Below, piece after piece: positions 16,846-26,189 of a stretch of 64,000 nucleotides of DNA. Position 1 is the stretch's first letter; every line of letters begins with the position of its first letter. The translations under genes were made by a program, and so were the position numbers. Under the pieces are notes generated by a model. It made no database searches and was not told the origin of the DNA. It saw only the letters and a program-made list of their open reading frames with translations. Origin of the DNA: Bdellovibrionales bacterium (GTDB lineage: Bacteria > Bdellovibrionota > Bdellovibrionia > Bdellovibrionales > CAYMLA01); contig OZ244239.1 in assembly GCA_965217115.1 (NCBI GenBank), positions 1,361,430 through 1,425,429 of the forward strand, read 5' to 3'.

Positions 16846-18507
16846 CTAACACAAAGTCGAGGAATGAGACTGTTTAATTTTTTTACGCATCTGCCAGAGT
16901 AGTTGGCTAATATAGGGGCGGCGGTTTTCACCTGTGGTGACCATAAGCAGCTTAGTAATTTTGATATTATCAGGGTTGGTAAACAAGAGGATAATCATCT
17001 CATTTATGAAATTCGTGTTGAGAGTGATGTAATTGTCCGTCCCAACACCGAGAGAGACCCCTTTTTGTTCCCACCAAGAAAAAGGATGATCTTTGAAATC
17101 TTCAAAGCCAAAGGTGAGTTTATTATTAGAGGAGGGCAAAGATGTTAATGAGACCTCTTTAGAGAGCATACGATTGAGAACGTCATGTTGATAGGATTCA
17201 ATTTCTGTGGCTGTATGAAATTTTGTTTTAATAAAGACAGTGAGTTCATCTTCAGATAAAGGAGAGCCTTTAAGAAGCTTATCACAAACACTCTGGTGAA
17301 CACCCCAGCTCATATCATTGATTTCATTGTACTCTAAACTGCCTTTCCAGAGAGGTTTTTTCCGTGAATTCCATTTGGAGACTCGCTGAAAGATACTGTG
17401 AAAATAAAAATTAGGATTCATACCTAAACTTAAGCCGTGTTCGAGAGTGTCGATTCTCCATATATTCATGGCGTTATCGACAGCCTGTATGCCTTTACGC
17501 AAAGTGTGCCAGGTTTCTCCGTGGTGGCTGCGGATTTTAAAACCTGAATATTGCAATTTACGAAAACCAATTTTCATTTCATTGAAATGAGATTTTTTAT
17601 AAAGGTCTTTTTCGTCACCAACAGTGTCAACTTCGCAAAGATGTTCTTTGAGAAAACTGTGTTTCTGTAAAAGGTTGAGAAGGGTTTGTATTTGATCGAG
17701 AAAGTGATCGTTCTTAGTTTTAAAATTGTCATCGTCAAAAAACCAAGGCTCTTTACGAAAAGAAGGGGAGAGGATAAAATTAAAGCGAGGGTTCTCTTGT
17801 TGGAATTTTTTAAAGCCTTGGTATAGGCCTAAAACAACATCCTCTGAGGTGATATCTCCAATTCCAGGTATTTGTTCGGATGATTGTGAGGCAGAGCGAG
17901 AGAGTGTGAATTTTAAGCGAATATGGCCAACATTGTATTTGTTAAAGAGTTCACTAGCCATGTGATAGGCAGCCTCTTCATGGGCTTGTCGGTCGATGAG
18001 AATGAGTTTAGGTAAAAATAAAACCTTAAGATAGTGCTCAAAACGTTGATCTTCTTTGAGGCGAATGAGAGTGTCCACATCTTCGACGGACTCAATGGGC
18101 CAGGCGTTATCACCGTAGATCTCTTTGATCTTCTTCTCATAAAGAGCTTTATGAGCTCCATTTAAAAGAGGCTTGAGTCGAGGATAAATAAACTCAGCCG
18201 ACAGTGAGCCAGTTAGGTGAATATGCTCCTCTCTATAGGGAAGAGGAAAAGATTTAAAAAATTCAAAAAGGGTCTGACCAATAGGGTGTTCAATAAGGTC
18301 TTGAATCTCTCGTTTATTCTGTTGAAATTCAGCGAGCTTTTCTTGAAAATCAATAGTGATTTCACGTATTTGAGTGTTTCCGTCGAGAGAGGTCCAGTAG
18401 TCTAAAAGTTCGAGAGAATCAGTAAGAACGATGCCGTTGGTTTCACTAATGATGTGTGTTAGATGATGGGTGAGTTGATTAAAGAGGTCTTTTGAGAGTT
18501 TTTGCAT
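16846..18507 (-). CDS. Adenosine/AMP-deaminase-superfamily metal-dependent hydrolase, divergent (553 aa)
   Basis: Ordered ADA-type motifs are present: EEHIHLTGS (HxH), SHHGET (HxGE), LEHG and GVGTDNY (TDN where ADA has TDD). There is also an N-terminal extension of about 90 aa and a long insert before the last motif. Confidence 0.6.
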   Translation of the reverse strand: MQKLSKDLFNQLTHHLTHIISETNGIVLTDSLELLDYWTSLDGNTQIREITIDFQEKLAEFQQNKREIQDLIEHPIGQTLFEFFKSFPLPYREEHIHLTGSLSAEFIYPRLKPLLNGAHKALYEKKIKEIYGDNAWPIESVEDVDTLIRLKEDQRFEHYLKVLFLPKLILIDRQAHEEAAYHMASELFNKYNVGHIRLKFTLSRSASQSSEQIPGIGDITSEDVVLGLYQGFKKFQQENPRFNFILSPSFRKEPWFFDDDNFKTKNDHFLDQIQTLLNLLQKHSFLKEHLCEVDTVGDEKDLYKKSHFNEMKIGFRKLQYSGFKIRSHHGETWHTLRKGIQAVDNAMNIWRIDTLEHGLSLGMNPNFYFHSIFQRVSKWNSRKKPLWKGSLEYNEINDMSWGVHQSVCDKLLKGSPLSEDELTVFIKTKFHTATEIESYQHDVLNRMLSKEVSLTSLPSSNNKLTFGFEDFKDHPFSWWEQKGVSLGVGTDNYITLNTNFINEMIILLFTNPDNIKITKLLMVTTGENRRPYISQLLWQMRKKIKQSHSSTLC

Positions 18508-18599
18508 ATCTGACTATAGAGGAAAAATCAAAAACGATCAACATAAGCCCTTGAAAGGGTGAGAAAAAAATAAATACGAAATGCAGGGTGAGCCGGGTT

Positions 18600-19538
18600 T
18601 TATTTTTTATTTAGATCAATTAAGAAATGCTCTGGTCCCTCGTCGTTCCTATGGGGGCAGTTCTCCTCAGGGGATTCAAGTTCAATAGTGACGTGATAAT
18701 TACCGAGTTTTTGAATAATTTGACGAGTTTGTTTCTTTATTTCTGAAAAAGTGGTCAGATTTGGTTCTTTAGGGTCATTTAAGGAATAAATAAGATGCAA
18801 AGAGAGGACATGATGTTCTCCGTCTAAAGACCATGAATGAATATCGTGTACATCTATAATTTCTGGTATGGAACAGAGTTGTTTTTTCAAAGCTTCTCGG
18901 TTGAATTTATCTGGAATTGCTTGCAGGAGAACTTTAAAGGTTTTAATGAGTTGCCTTGCTACATTGAAAAGGATGAAAGCAGAGAGAGTAATTGCCAAAA
19001 GAGGATCTAGCCAAGTTATTTTAAAAAGAATGATAGCCACAGAGCCAATGAGAATGACAACCCAGCCTACGCAATCTTCTATCAAATGCCATTTAAGCAT
19101 TTGCTCATTAAGGGATGATCCTTTTGCTAACTTCCAAGCAGCCCAACCGTTGATGACAATGCCCAAAATAGATAAGATAAACATACCTTTTCCGTTGGGA
19201 AGAGTGTTTGTGCTCAAATTAGAGAGGGTGCTAATAATAACAAAAGTTGAACCGCATAAAATAACAACGCCTGAAATGAGAGAGGAGAGAGTTGAGAATC
19301 TTTGGTAGCCATAGCTGTAGTGTTCGTTGCCTTTTTTGAGAGAAAATCTTTGTAAATACCAGGCAAGGCCTAATGAAAGAGTGTCACCCAGATCGTGAAC
19401 AGCATCGGCTATAATGGCAGAGCTTCCGGTGAGAGAGCCACCAACAAATTCTATAAGAACAAAAATAAAATTAAGAAAAAAGGCTTTTGCAATATTCTGG
19501 CTGGCTTCATGATTGTGATGGTGACAGTATGCGCCCAA
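18600..19538 (-). CDS. Cation diffusion facilitator (CzcD/ZitB-type) metal efflux transporter
   Basis: His-rich N-terminus, TM2 motif IIADAVHDLGD, six TM segments and a C-terminal cytoplasmic domain. TTG start preceded by AGGAG. Confidence 0.88.
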   Translation of the reverse strand: MGAYCHHHNHEASQNIAKAFFLNFIFVLIEFVGGSLTGSSAIIADAVHDLGDTLSLGLAWYLQRFSLKKGNEHYSYGYQRFSTLSSLISGVVILCGSTFVIISTLSNLSTNTLPNGKGMFILSILGIVINGWAAWKLAKGSSLNEQMLKWHLIEDCVGWVVILIGSVAIILFKITWLDPLLAITLSAFILFNVARQLIKTFKVLLQAIPDKFNREALKKQLCSIPEIIDVHDIHSWSLDGEHHVLSLHLIYSLNDPKEPNLTTFSEIKKQTRQIIQKLGNYHVTIELESPEENCPHRNDEGPEHFLIDLNKK

Positions 19539-19613
19539 GGTAACTCCTACAGCCCGCTTGTTTTTTTTATTTAGAACTTATGGTAACATATAAAAAAGAA
19601 GGAGCAAATTCTT

Positions 19614-19901
19614 ATGACGAGCAAAACAATAGAAGAGGGTGTTTGTGAATCTGATTGGACAGCTTTGTATGATCATTATTTGCGTGATGCTTTAATAATG
19701 GTGGATATAAGTCTAAATCTTGTAGATGTTGGTTTAAAAGTGGCTAATGATCAAACTCAGATCATGCAGGACTGGATTAATAAAGGGTTAATAGGAAAAC
19801 CAATTAAGAGTCAAACGGAGACATGGAGTATGGATGACCAGAAGAAATTTCTATTTGTGATTGTGCAGCCCTATGTTCTTGCCCAAGTGATGGAGCATTG
19901 A
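19614..19901 (+). CDS. Hypothetical small protein (95 aa)
   Basis: AAGGAG RBS. Its stop overlaps the start of the next ORF. No motif recognised. Confidence 0.5.
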   Translation: MTSKTIEEGVCESDWTALYDHYLRDALIMVDISLNLVDVGLKVANDQTQIMQDWINKGLIGKPIKSQTETWSMDDQKKFLFVIVQPYVLAQVMEH

Positions 19902-20308
19902 GTATGAAAGAGAGAGAGATAATTTTTTTTGACGGTGTCTGTGGTCTATGTAACGGTTTTGTTAGCTCTCTAGTTAAGATCATTAAAAGGAAAAATATCG
20001 AAGGAATTTACTTTTCTCCATTACAGGGAGACGTAGCAAAAAAAATATTACCCGAAGAAAAGAGAAATTCTCTTGAAAGTATTATCTACTGGCAAGAAGG
20101 GCAGTCCCACGAGCGTTCAACAGCGGTTTTAAAAATATTGAAAAAAATAGGAGGTGTTTTCATATTGAGTCAGGTGTTTCTTTTAGCGCCTCTCTTTTTA
20201 AGAGACAAAATTTATAATTGGGTGGCAAAAAACCGTTATAGGTGGTTTGGCAAAAATGAACTATGCCGAGTGCCATTGGAAGAGGAAAAAAAATATTTTT
20301 TACCTTAA
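19898..20308 (+). CDS. DCC-family thiol-disulfide oxidoreductase (DUF393-like)
   Basis: FFDGVCGLCNGFV matches the DCC motif (D-x-x-C-x-x-C) near the N-terminus. Size of about 135 aa fits. Confidence 0.7.
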   Translation: MSMKEREIIFFDGVCGLCNGFVSSLVKIIKRKNIEGIYFSPLQGDVAKKILPEEKRNSLESIIYWQEGQSHERSTAVLKILKKIGGVFILSQVFLLAPLFLRDKIYNWVAKNRYRWFGKNELCRVPLEEEKKYFLP

Positions 20309-20361
20309 AAGTGCGTCTCAATAACAAAATCATCTCGGTTGATAATGACAGAAATATAAAA

Positions 20362-20384
20362 GAACCGAGACGGGATCTCGGTTC
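20362..20384. terminator. Bidirectional hairpin between convergent genes
   Basis: gaaccgaga-cggga-tctcggttc forms a perfect 9-bp stem. A-rich sequence lies on the left and T-containing sequence on the right. It sits between the DCC gene (+) and the peroxiredoxin gene (-). Confidence 0.6.
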
Positions 20385-20396
20385 TTCATTCTAAAA

Positions 20397-20975
20397 TTAT
20401 TTATTAGCTAAGTATTTACTCACACTCTGGTGATTTTCTTCGATAGCTTGAGCGCCTTTTTGCCAGTTCGCAGGACAAACTTCACCATGGTTTTCAAAGT
20501 GTTGAAGAGCGTCAATAGTACGAAGTGCTTCGTCAACATTGCGGCCAAGAGGGAGGTCATTAACGATTTGATGACGAACTATGCCTTCTTTATCAATAAG
20601 GAATAACCCCCGAAAAGCCACATTATCATCTGTGAGGACATCATATTCACGAGCAATTTTTCCGCCAAGATCAGAGACGATTCCGTAGGTTGTCCCTTCG
20701 ATACCGCCCTTGTTTTTAGGGGTGTTGATCCAAGCTAAGTGTGAGAAATGACTGTCGACACTGCAACCGAGAACTTCGACATTACGATCTTTAAACTCAG
20801 ATAATTTACTTTGAAAAGTGACAAGCTCAGTTGGACAAACAAAAGTGAAGTCTAAAGGATAAAAGAAAAAAAGAACATACTTACCCTCGTAGTCTGAAAG
20901 TTGAATTTCTTTAGTGTCATTACCAAAAACTGCTTGTGCATTAAAATTAGGTGCCTTTTTACCAACTAAAACCAT
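20397..20975 (-). CDS. 2-Cys peroxiredoxin (AhpC/Tsa family)
   Basis: FTFVCPTE (peroxidatic Cys) and GEVCPANW (resolving Cys). The ATG at 20975 is preceded by AAGGAGAG, and the track start at 21011 adds 12 unsupported residues. Confidence 0.92.
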   Translation of the reverse strand: MVLVGKKAPNFNAQAVFGNDTKEIQLSDYEGKYVLFFFYPLDFTFVCPTELVTFQSKLSEFKDRNVEVLGCSVDSHFSHLAWINTPKNKGGIEGTTYGIVSDLGGKIAREYDVLTDDNVAFRGLFLIDKEGIVRHQIVNDLPLGRNVDEALRTIDALQHFENHGEVCPANWQKGAQAIEENHQSVSKYLANK

Positions 20976-21133
20976 AGGTCTCTCCTTGAATGTAAAGAAT
21001 AATGAGAGCATTCTGACGCAAAAAGCTTCTTTTGTCTAGTGAGATTATAAAACTAAACCTATAAATATAAATTATGTCGTTTTCAGTTTGAGTAAAAAAT
21101 GATATTAAGTGTCAAAAGAGTGCGAGGTTATTA

Positions 21134-22105
21134 GTGGTTCGTAAGCAGAGGCTTTTACAAGCTGTTGAAATTTTAAAGAAAGGGGGAGTTGTCGTTGTGC
21201 CGACCGAGACCGTTTATGGTTTGGCCGCGAGCATTGAAAGCCAGTCAGGAGTTGAGAAAATATTTTCTATTAAAAAGCGACCTTTTTTTGACCCGTTGAT
21301 TGTGCATATTTCCCGTCAAGAACAGGTTCATCAATTGACAGACTCATGGAGTGAAATTTGTCAGGTTCTCGTAGATAAATTTTGGCCAGGACCTCTAACT
21401 TTGGTTTTACCTAAAACGAAAAAAGTAAGTGATCTTATCACTGCGGGTTTACAAACAGTGGGACTGCGTATGCCCCATCACCCTGTTATTTTGGAGCTTA
21501 TTGATGTCTTGCAAGTTCCTATCGCAGCTCCGAGTGCGAATATATTTAAAAAAACGAGTCCGACAAAGGCTGAGCATGTGCTAGAGGAGTTTGAGGAGGA
21601 AGATTTATTTGTTCTTGATGGAGGAGCCTGCCAAGTTGGTATCGAATCTACGGTGATCGCGGTTGAGGGGAATCAATTATCTATTCTAAGACCAGGAGCT
21701 GTGACTGAAAAACAGTTACTTGAGGTGCTAGAAAGGTCAAAGCTCCCTTTCTTTTTAAACAAGTTAGGGAAGAATTTATCTGCCTCGCCAGGACATATGA
21801 AAGAACATTACATGCCAACAAAACCCCTCATCTTGTGGACAAGATCGTGGCAAAAGGGATCTATGGATGAAATTTTAGACAAGGCTCAAGAAATAGCTAT
21901 TGATGTTAAGAAAATAAAAGGCAGTGAATTGAAACTCTTGTCTGATCCTGTGCTTGCAGCTCGTACATTGTATTCACAAATGCGTGAACTTTCGCAACAA
22001 AGTGAAGTGACTTTTATTTATTGTATTTGGTCTCAGAAAAAAGATCAGGATCTATGGGCTGCTATCTGGAACCGTTTAGACAAGGCTTCGTCCTACTGTT
22101 TTTGA
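21134..22105 (+). CDS. L-threonylcarbamoyladenylate synthase (YrdC domain plus Sua5 C-terminal domain)
   Basis: VVVPTETVYGLAA, RPFFDPLIVHI and SANIFKKTSPT. The 323-aa length indicates the two-domain Sua5 form. Confidence 0.85.
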   Translation: MVRKQRLLQAVEILKKGGVVVVPTETVYGLAASIESQSGVEKIFSIKKRPFFDPLIVHISRQEQVHQLTDSWSEICQVLVDKFWPGPLTLVLPKTKKVSDLITAGLQTVGLRMPHHPVILELIDVLQVPIAAPSANIFKKTSPTKAEHVLEEFEEEDLFVLDGGACQVGIESTVIAVEGNQLSILRPGAVTEKQLLEVLERSKLPFFLNKLGKNLSASPGHMKEHYMPTKPLILWTRSWQKGSMDEILDKAQEIAIDVKKIKGSELKLLSDPVLAARTLYSQMRELSQQSEVTFIYCIWSQKKDQDLWAAIWNRLDKASSYCF

Positions 22106-22116
22106 CTGATTTTCCG

Positions 22117-23412
22117 TTAAATAAGAATACCAGCAATAGAAGCGGTCATAAAGGCGGCCAAAGACCCTCCAATCATGGCTTTGATTCCTATCTTGGCAAG
22201 ATCTGATTTTCTCCTCGGTGCAATTTCTCCGATGCCTCCGATTTGGATAGCGATAGATGTGAAATTTGCGAAACCACTTAAAGCATAGGAGAGAATGATC
22301 ACCGTTCTATCCGAGAGTTGGCTGCCTAAATTAGAGAGATGAACGTAAGAGACGAATTCATTGAGAACAATTTTTTCTCCTAACAAAGCTCCTGCAGTTG
22401 TGGCTTCGCTCCAGGGGATCCCCATAATAAAAGCTAGGGGAGAAAAAATCCAACTAAGAAGGACTTGTAGACTTAATTGAACTTGCCCTTCTTTTAGAAG
22501 AGCAGATGGAACAAGGGATTGTCCCCAGCTTTGAAAATTGACCCATTCACCGACAACTGTAAACATAGAATTAACCATAGCAATCAGAGCGATAAAAACT
22601 AAGAGCATAGCGCCGACATTGAAAGCAAGCTTTAATCCATCGGTGGCGCCGTTGGCTGCAGCTTCGATAACATTGACATCAGAAGATTTAAAGTCTTTGG
22701 GTGATTTGCCAAGGGTTTCTGGTTTTTGTGTCTCGGGAACCATGATTTTGGCAATAGCTAAAGCGGCAGGTGCCGACATCACACTGGCAGTGAGTAGGTG
22801 TCCCGCAATATCAGGTATTCGTTCAATGAGCAGTCCAACATAGGCCGCCAACACTCCTCCTGCGACAGTGGCCATACCGCCAACCATAACAGAATTGAGT
22901 TCAGATTTGGTCATTTTATCTATGTAGGGACGAATAAGTAGAGGAGCTTCTGTTTGCCCGACAAAAATGTTGGCAGAGGCGGAAAGAGACTCTGCGCCAC
23001 TTGTCCCCATTGTTTTTTGCATGATAATAGCCATCCATTTCACGATTTTTTGTATAATTCCAAGGTAGTAAAGAATAGACATCAGAGAGGAAAAGAAAAT
23101 AATAGTGGGAAGAATTTGTAGAGCAATAATAAAGCCTGATTTCTTTATATCCATCAAAGATGAAAATAAAAAAGCACTTCCCTCATTGGTGAAATTCAAT
23201 AAAGCTATAAAGGCTTGATTGGCTGCATTAAACAGAGGTCTTAAGGGACCAGAAATATCAAGAGCCGGAATGCCCAAAACAAGAAGCCCAAAGACAATTT
23301 GTAAAACACAACCGATAATAACGGGTCTAAATTTAATGGCTTTTTTATTCTCAGATAGGAGATAGGCTATGAAGATCAATAAAAATAAGCCAAAAAAGCT
23401 CATTATACGCAT
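22117..23412 (-). CDS. NupC/CNT-family concentrative nucleoside transporter
   Basis: 431-aa polytopic protein. The N-terminus LSENKKAIKFRPVIIGCVLQIVFGLLVL and overall architecture are typical of NupC. Confidence 0.8.
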   Translation of the reverse strand: MRIMSFFGLFLLIFIAYLLSENKKAIKFRPVIIGCVLQIVFGLLVLGIPALDISGPLRPLFNAANQAFIALLNFTNEGSAFLFSSLMDIKKSGFIIALQILPTIIFFSSLMSILYYLGIIQKIVKWMAIIMQKTMGTSGAESLSASANIFVGQTEAPLLIRPYIDKMTKSELNSVMVGGMATVAGGVLAAYVGLLIERIPDIAGHLLTASVMSAPAALAIAKIMVPETQKPETLGKSPKDFKSSDVNVIEAAANGATDGLKLAFNVGAMLLVFIALIAMVNSMFTVVGEWVNFQSWGQSLVPSALLKEGQVQLSLQVLLSWIFSPLAFIMGIPWSEATTAGALLGEKIVLNEFVSYVHLSNLGSQLSDRTVIILSYALSGFANFTSIAIQIGGIGEIAPRRKSDLAKIGIKAMIGGSLAAFMTASIAGILI

Positions 23413-23518
23413 GAAAAGTCCTTGTTAAAAGTGAATTTTCCTCTATGAGTCCCATATAAGTGATGGGTGATCAATAAATAAGAGTAAAAAAAACAGAGCA
23501 GAGGGAGGTTGTAGCAGG

Positions 23519-24247
23519 TTAAAACCTACGAATCAGCCCGACAAGAACTCCTTTGATTTGTACTTCATCAGGAGAGAACCACATAGAATCCATGTTGTCG
23601 TTGGCAGGTCTTAATTCAACACAGGGGCCGTCAAAGCCTGCACTTTCGTGTTTACTATAAGTATAGAGGTGTTTCACCGTGGCCTCGTTGTCGATCGTTG
23701 CAACAACAGTTTCTCCGTTGTTAGCGTCTTCTTGTTTTTGCACGAGAATAATATCCTCATCATAAATGCCGTCGTTAATCATGGACTCCCCCACGACTTT
23801 TAGTGCAAAGGATTTACTGGGAGATCTGATCAGGGAAGGGGGGATGTCTATGTATTCATCGTGGGATATTGCCTCGATGGGTGAGCCGGCAGCAACAAAG
23901 CCCATAAGCGGAAGAGAGAGAAGTTCATTTGTGGGTAGAGCATGGGGTGTTTGGAGGAGACTAGGCGGAGAGGAGGGAGCATTTTTAAAAGAATTGGCTC
24001 CATGTAGAATTTTAAGAGCCCGTTTTTGATTTTCCCCTGGATTGTGAATATATCCTTTGTTGTGAAGTTGCTTTAGATATCTTTGTACTGAATTGTAAGA
24101 GGCAAAACCAAAATGATCTTTGATCTCTGCATAAGAAGGGCTATAGTTTTTACGCTTTGTGTAAAGCTCTAAAAACTCTAAGAACCCTTTTTCCTTGGGA
24201 GTGAGTGAGGGCAAAGTTAGGGAGGAGCTTTGCGAAGTTATTGTCAT
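23519..24247 (-). CDS. lexA: LexA repressor (S24 self-cleaving), long form
   Basis: wHTH N-domain (SYAEIKDHFGFASYNSVQRYLKQLHNKGYI), cleavage site VAAGSP, GESM (Ser) and VKHL (Lys). The start could be the ATG at 24247 or the GTG at 24262. Confidence 0.88.
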   Translation of the reverse strand: MTITSQSSSLTLPSLTPKEKGFLEFLELYTKRKNYSPSYAEIKDHFGFASYNSVQRYLKQLHNKGYIHNPGENQKRALKILHGANSFKNAPSSPPSLLQTPHALPTNELLSLPLMGFVAAGSPIEAISHDEYIDIPPSLIRSPSKSFALKVVGESMINDGIYDEDIILVQKQEDANNGETVVATIDNEATVKHLYTYSKHESAGFDGPCVELRPANDNMDSMWFSPDEVQIKGVLVGLIRRF

Positions 24248-24266
24248 TGTCTGGGCCCTCACAGGG

Positions 24267-24281
24267 TAAGTAGTTTACTTA
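24267..24281. promoter_or_regulatory. Perfect 6-3-6 palindrome TAAGTA-GTT-TACTTA immediately upstream of lexA (candidate operator)
   Basis: Read directly from the sequence. It lies 5-20 nt upstream of the possible lexA start codons. Confidence 0.4.
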
Positions 24282-24543
24282 GCATCTTATGTGTAAATTA
24301 AGTGTAAGTCAATAGGCTGAATCAATATTTTGGGCAAAACGTGGTGGAATATTAAAATTTGAGTTTGCAGCCTTTATGGGTAAGACTGTCTCGGTGAGAG
24401 GTCTGGGAAACGACCCAATTGCTCATTTAGAGAAGTTTGATCGCCCGCAAGATATTTCAGGAACTGTTGCTATTATGACAGAGAGAGAAATTTAAAAGGC
24501 TTCGATAGATATTATTTTTTATTTTTAATAAAAGAGAGGGTTC

Positions 24544-26130
24544 ATGAGATCAGTTTTAGTGTCTTTTTTAGTCTTTAGTGTGGCCATAAATATTTGGGCG
24601 ATGGAAAAAACTTTTATTTATTGTTCAGAGGGAAGCCCCAGTTCTTTTAACCCTCAATTAGCGACCGATGGAGCAAGTTTTAATGCCAGTTCACGCACGA
24701 TTTATGACCGATTGGTGGATTTTTCTCCTGGAAGCACAAGTATCATTTCTGGTTTAGCAAAATCATGGACCGTTAGTAAAAGCTCATTGGTTTATACTTT
24801 TAAGCTACATAAAGGGGTAAAGTTCCATTCGACAAAAAACTTTAAACCCACCAGAAACTTCAATGCCGATGATGTGGTTTTTTCTTTTCGTCGTATGATG
24901 GACAAGAAAAACCCTTATCACTTAGTTAGTGGTGGCACCTATGAGTATTTTCAAAACATGGAAATGGGTAAAATCATTAAAAGGGTTAAAAAAGTAGATA
25001 ATTACACAGTGCAGTTTATCCTCTCTCGTCCAGAAGCACCGTTTTTGGCAAATTTAGCGATGGATTTTGCGAGTATTTTATCAAAAGAATACGCTGATAA
25101 AATGTTGATTGCTAAGACTCCTGAGAAGACAGATCGTTTTCCTGTGGGGACAGGGCCTTTTAAATTTAAAAAATATATAAAGGACACTTTAATTCGCTAC
25201 ACGGCCCACAAAGATTATTTTAAGGGTAAAGCTTTTATTGATCGCTTAGTTTTTAGCATCACACCAGACGCAAGTGTGCGATTCCAAAAATTAAAAGCAG
25301 GGGAATGTCATTTAGTCGGTGAGCCTTCGCCAACAGATTTAAAAAGTATGAGAGTGCGAAGTGATATTCATGTGATGGAGCAAGAAGGATTGAATGTTGG
25401 ATATGTTGCGATGAATGTAGAAAAAAAACCTTTGAATAGTTTATTAGTTCGCAAGGCGATAAATTATGCGCTCAATCGTAGGGCCTACATTAAGGCTATT
25501 TATTTGGGAAATGCAATGGTGGCTAAAAACCCTATTCCTCCGACAATCTGGGGTTATAATAATAAGATTAAAGATTATGAGTATGATATTAAAAAAGCCA
25601 AATCTCTTCTTAAAAAAGCAGGCTATTCCAATGGTTTTGAAATTGAGCTTTGGACCTTGCCCATTTCCCGCCCCTATAACCCTAATGGTAAGAAAATGGG
25701 AGAATTAATCCAAGCTGATTTGGCGAAGATAGGCATTAAGGTTAAATTGATTACCTACGATTGGCCGACTTATTTGTCGAAGGCTCGGAAGGGTGAGCAT
25801 CAGATGATTCAGCTCGGTTGGACAGGAGACAATGGAGATCCAGATAATTTCATGAACGTTCTCTTGGGTTGTGCAGCTGTTGAAGGCGGGGGAAACCTTG
25901 CCCGTTGGAAAAATAAGAATTTTTGCAAATTAATGGTACAGGCGAAATCTATTTCTAATGTAAAGGCGAGAACGAAATTCTATTTGAAGGCCCAAGAAAT
26001 TTTTAAAAAAGAAGCTCCGTGGGTACCTATTGCCCATTCAAAAGTTTTTCGGGCTATGTCAAAAAGGGTTAAAGGCTATCAAATACATCCATTTGGCGTA
26101 GAGATGTTTCATAAGGTGGACTTAAAATAA
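24544..26130 (+). CDS. ABC transporter substrate-binding protein, family 5 (peptide/opine/nickel type)
   Basis: Signal peptide, 528 aa, family-5 SBP sequence style (e.g. WTGDNGDPDNF), followed by DppB/DppC-like permeases. Confidence 0.85.
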   Translation: MRSVLVSFLVFSVAINIWAMEKTFIYCSEGSPSSFNPQLATDGASFNASSRTIYDRLVDFSPGSTSIISGLAKSWTVSKSSLVYTFKLHKGVKFHSTKNFKPTRNFNADDVVFSFRRMMDKKNPYHLVSGGTYEYFQNMEMGKIIKRVKKVDNYTVQFILSRPEAPFLANLAMDFASILSKEYADKMLIAKTPEKTDRFPVGTGPFKFKKYIKDTLIRYTAHKDYFKGKAFIDRLVFSITPDASVRFQKLKAGECHLVGEPSPTDLKSMRVRSDIHVMEQEGLNVGYVAMNVEKKPLNSLLVRKAINYALNRRAYIKAIYLGNAMVAKNPIPPTIWGYNNKIKDYEYDIKKAKSLLKKAGYSNGFEIELWTLPISRPYNPNGKKMGELIQADLAKIGIKVKLITYDWPTYLSKARKGEHQMIQLGWTGDNGDPDNFMNVLLGCAAVEGGGNLARWKNKNFCKLMVQAKSISNVKARTKFYLKAQEIFKKEAPWVPIAHSKVFRAMSKRVKGYQIHPFGVEMFHKVDLK

Positions 26131-26189
26131 AAAAGCTCCATTGAGGTAAAATTTCGATGGGTCTATAGTGAATCTTTCTGTATCGATCA

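Noticed and set aside
24376-24495. 39-aa ORF (MGKTVSVRGLGNDPIAHLEKFDRPQDISGTVAIMTEREI) between lexA and the ABC operon
   Set aside because: It has no Shine-Dalgarno and no recognisable family. It could be a gene remnant, but the support is not enough to call it.
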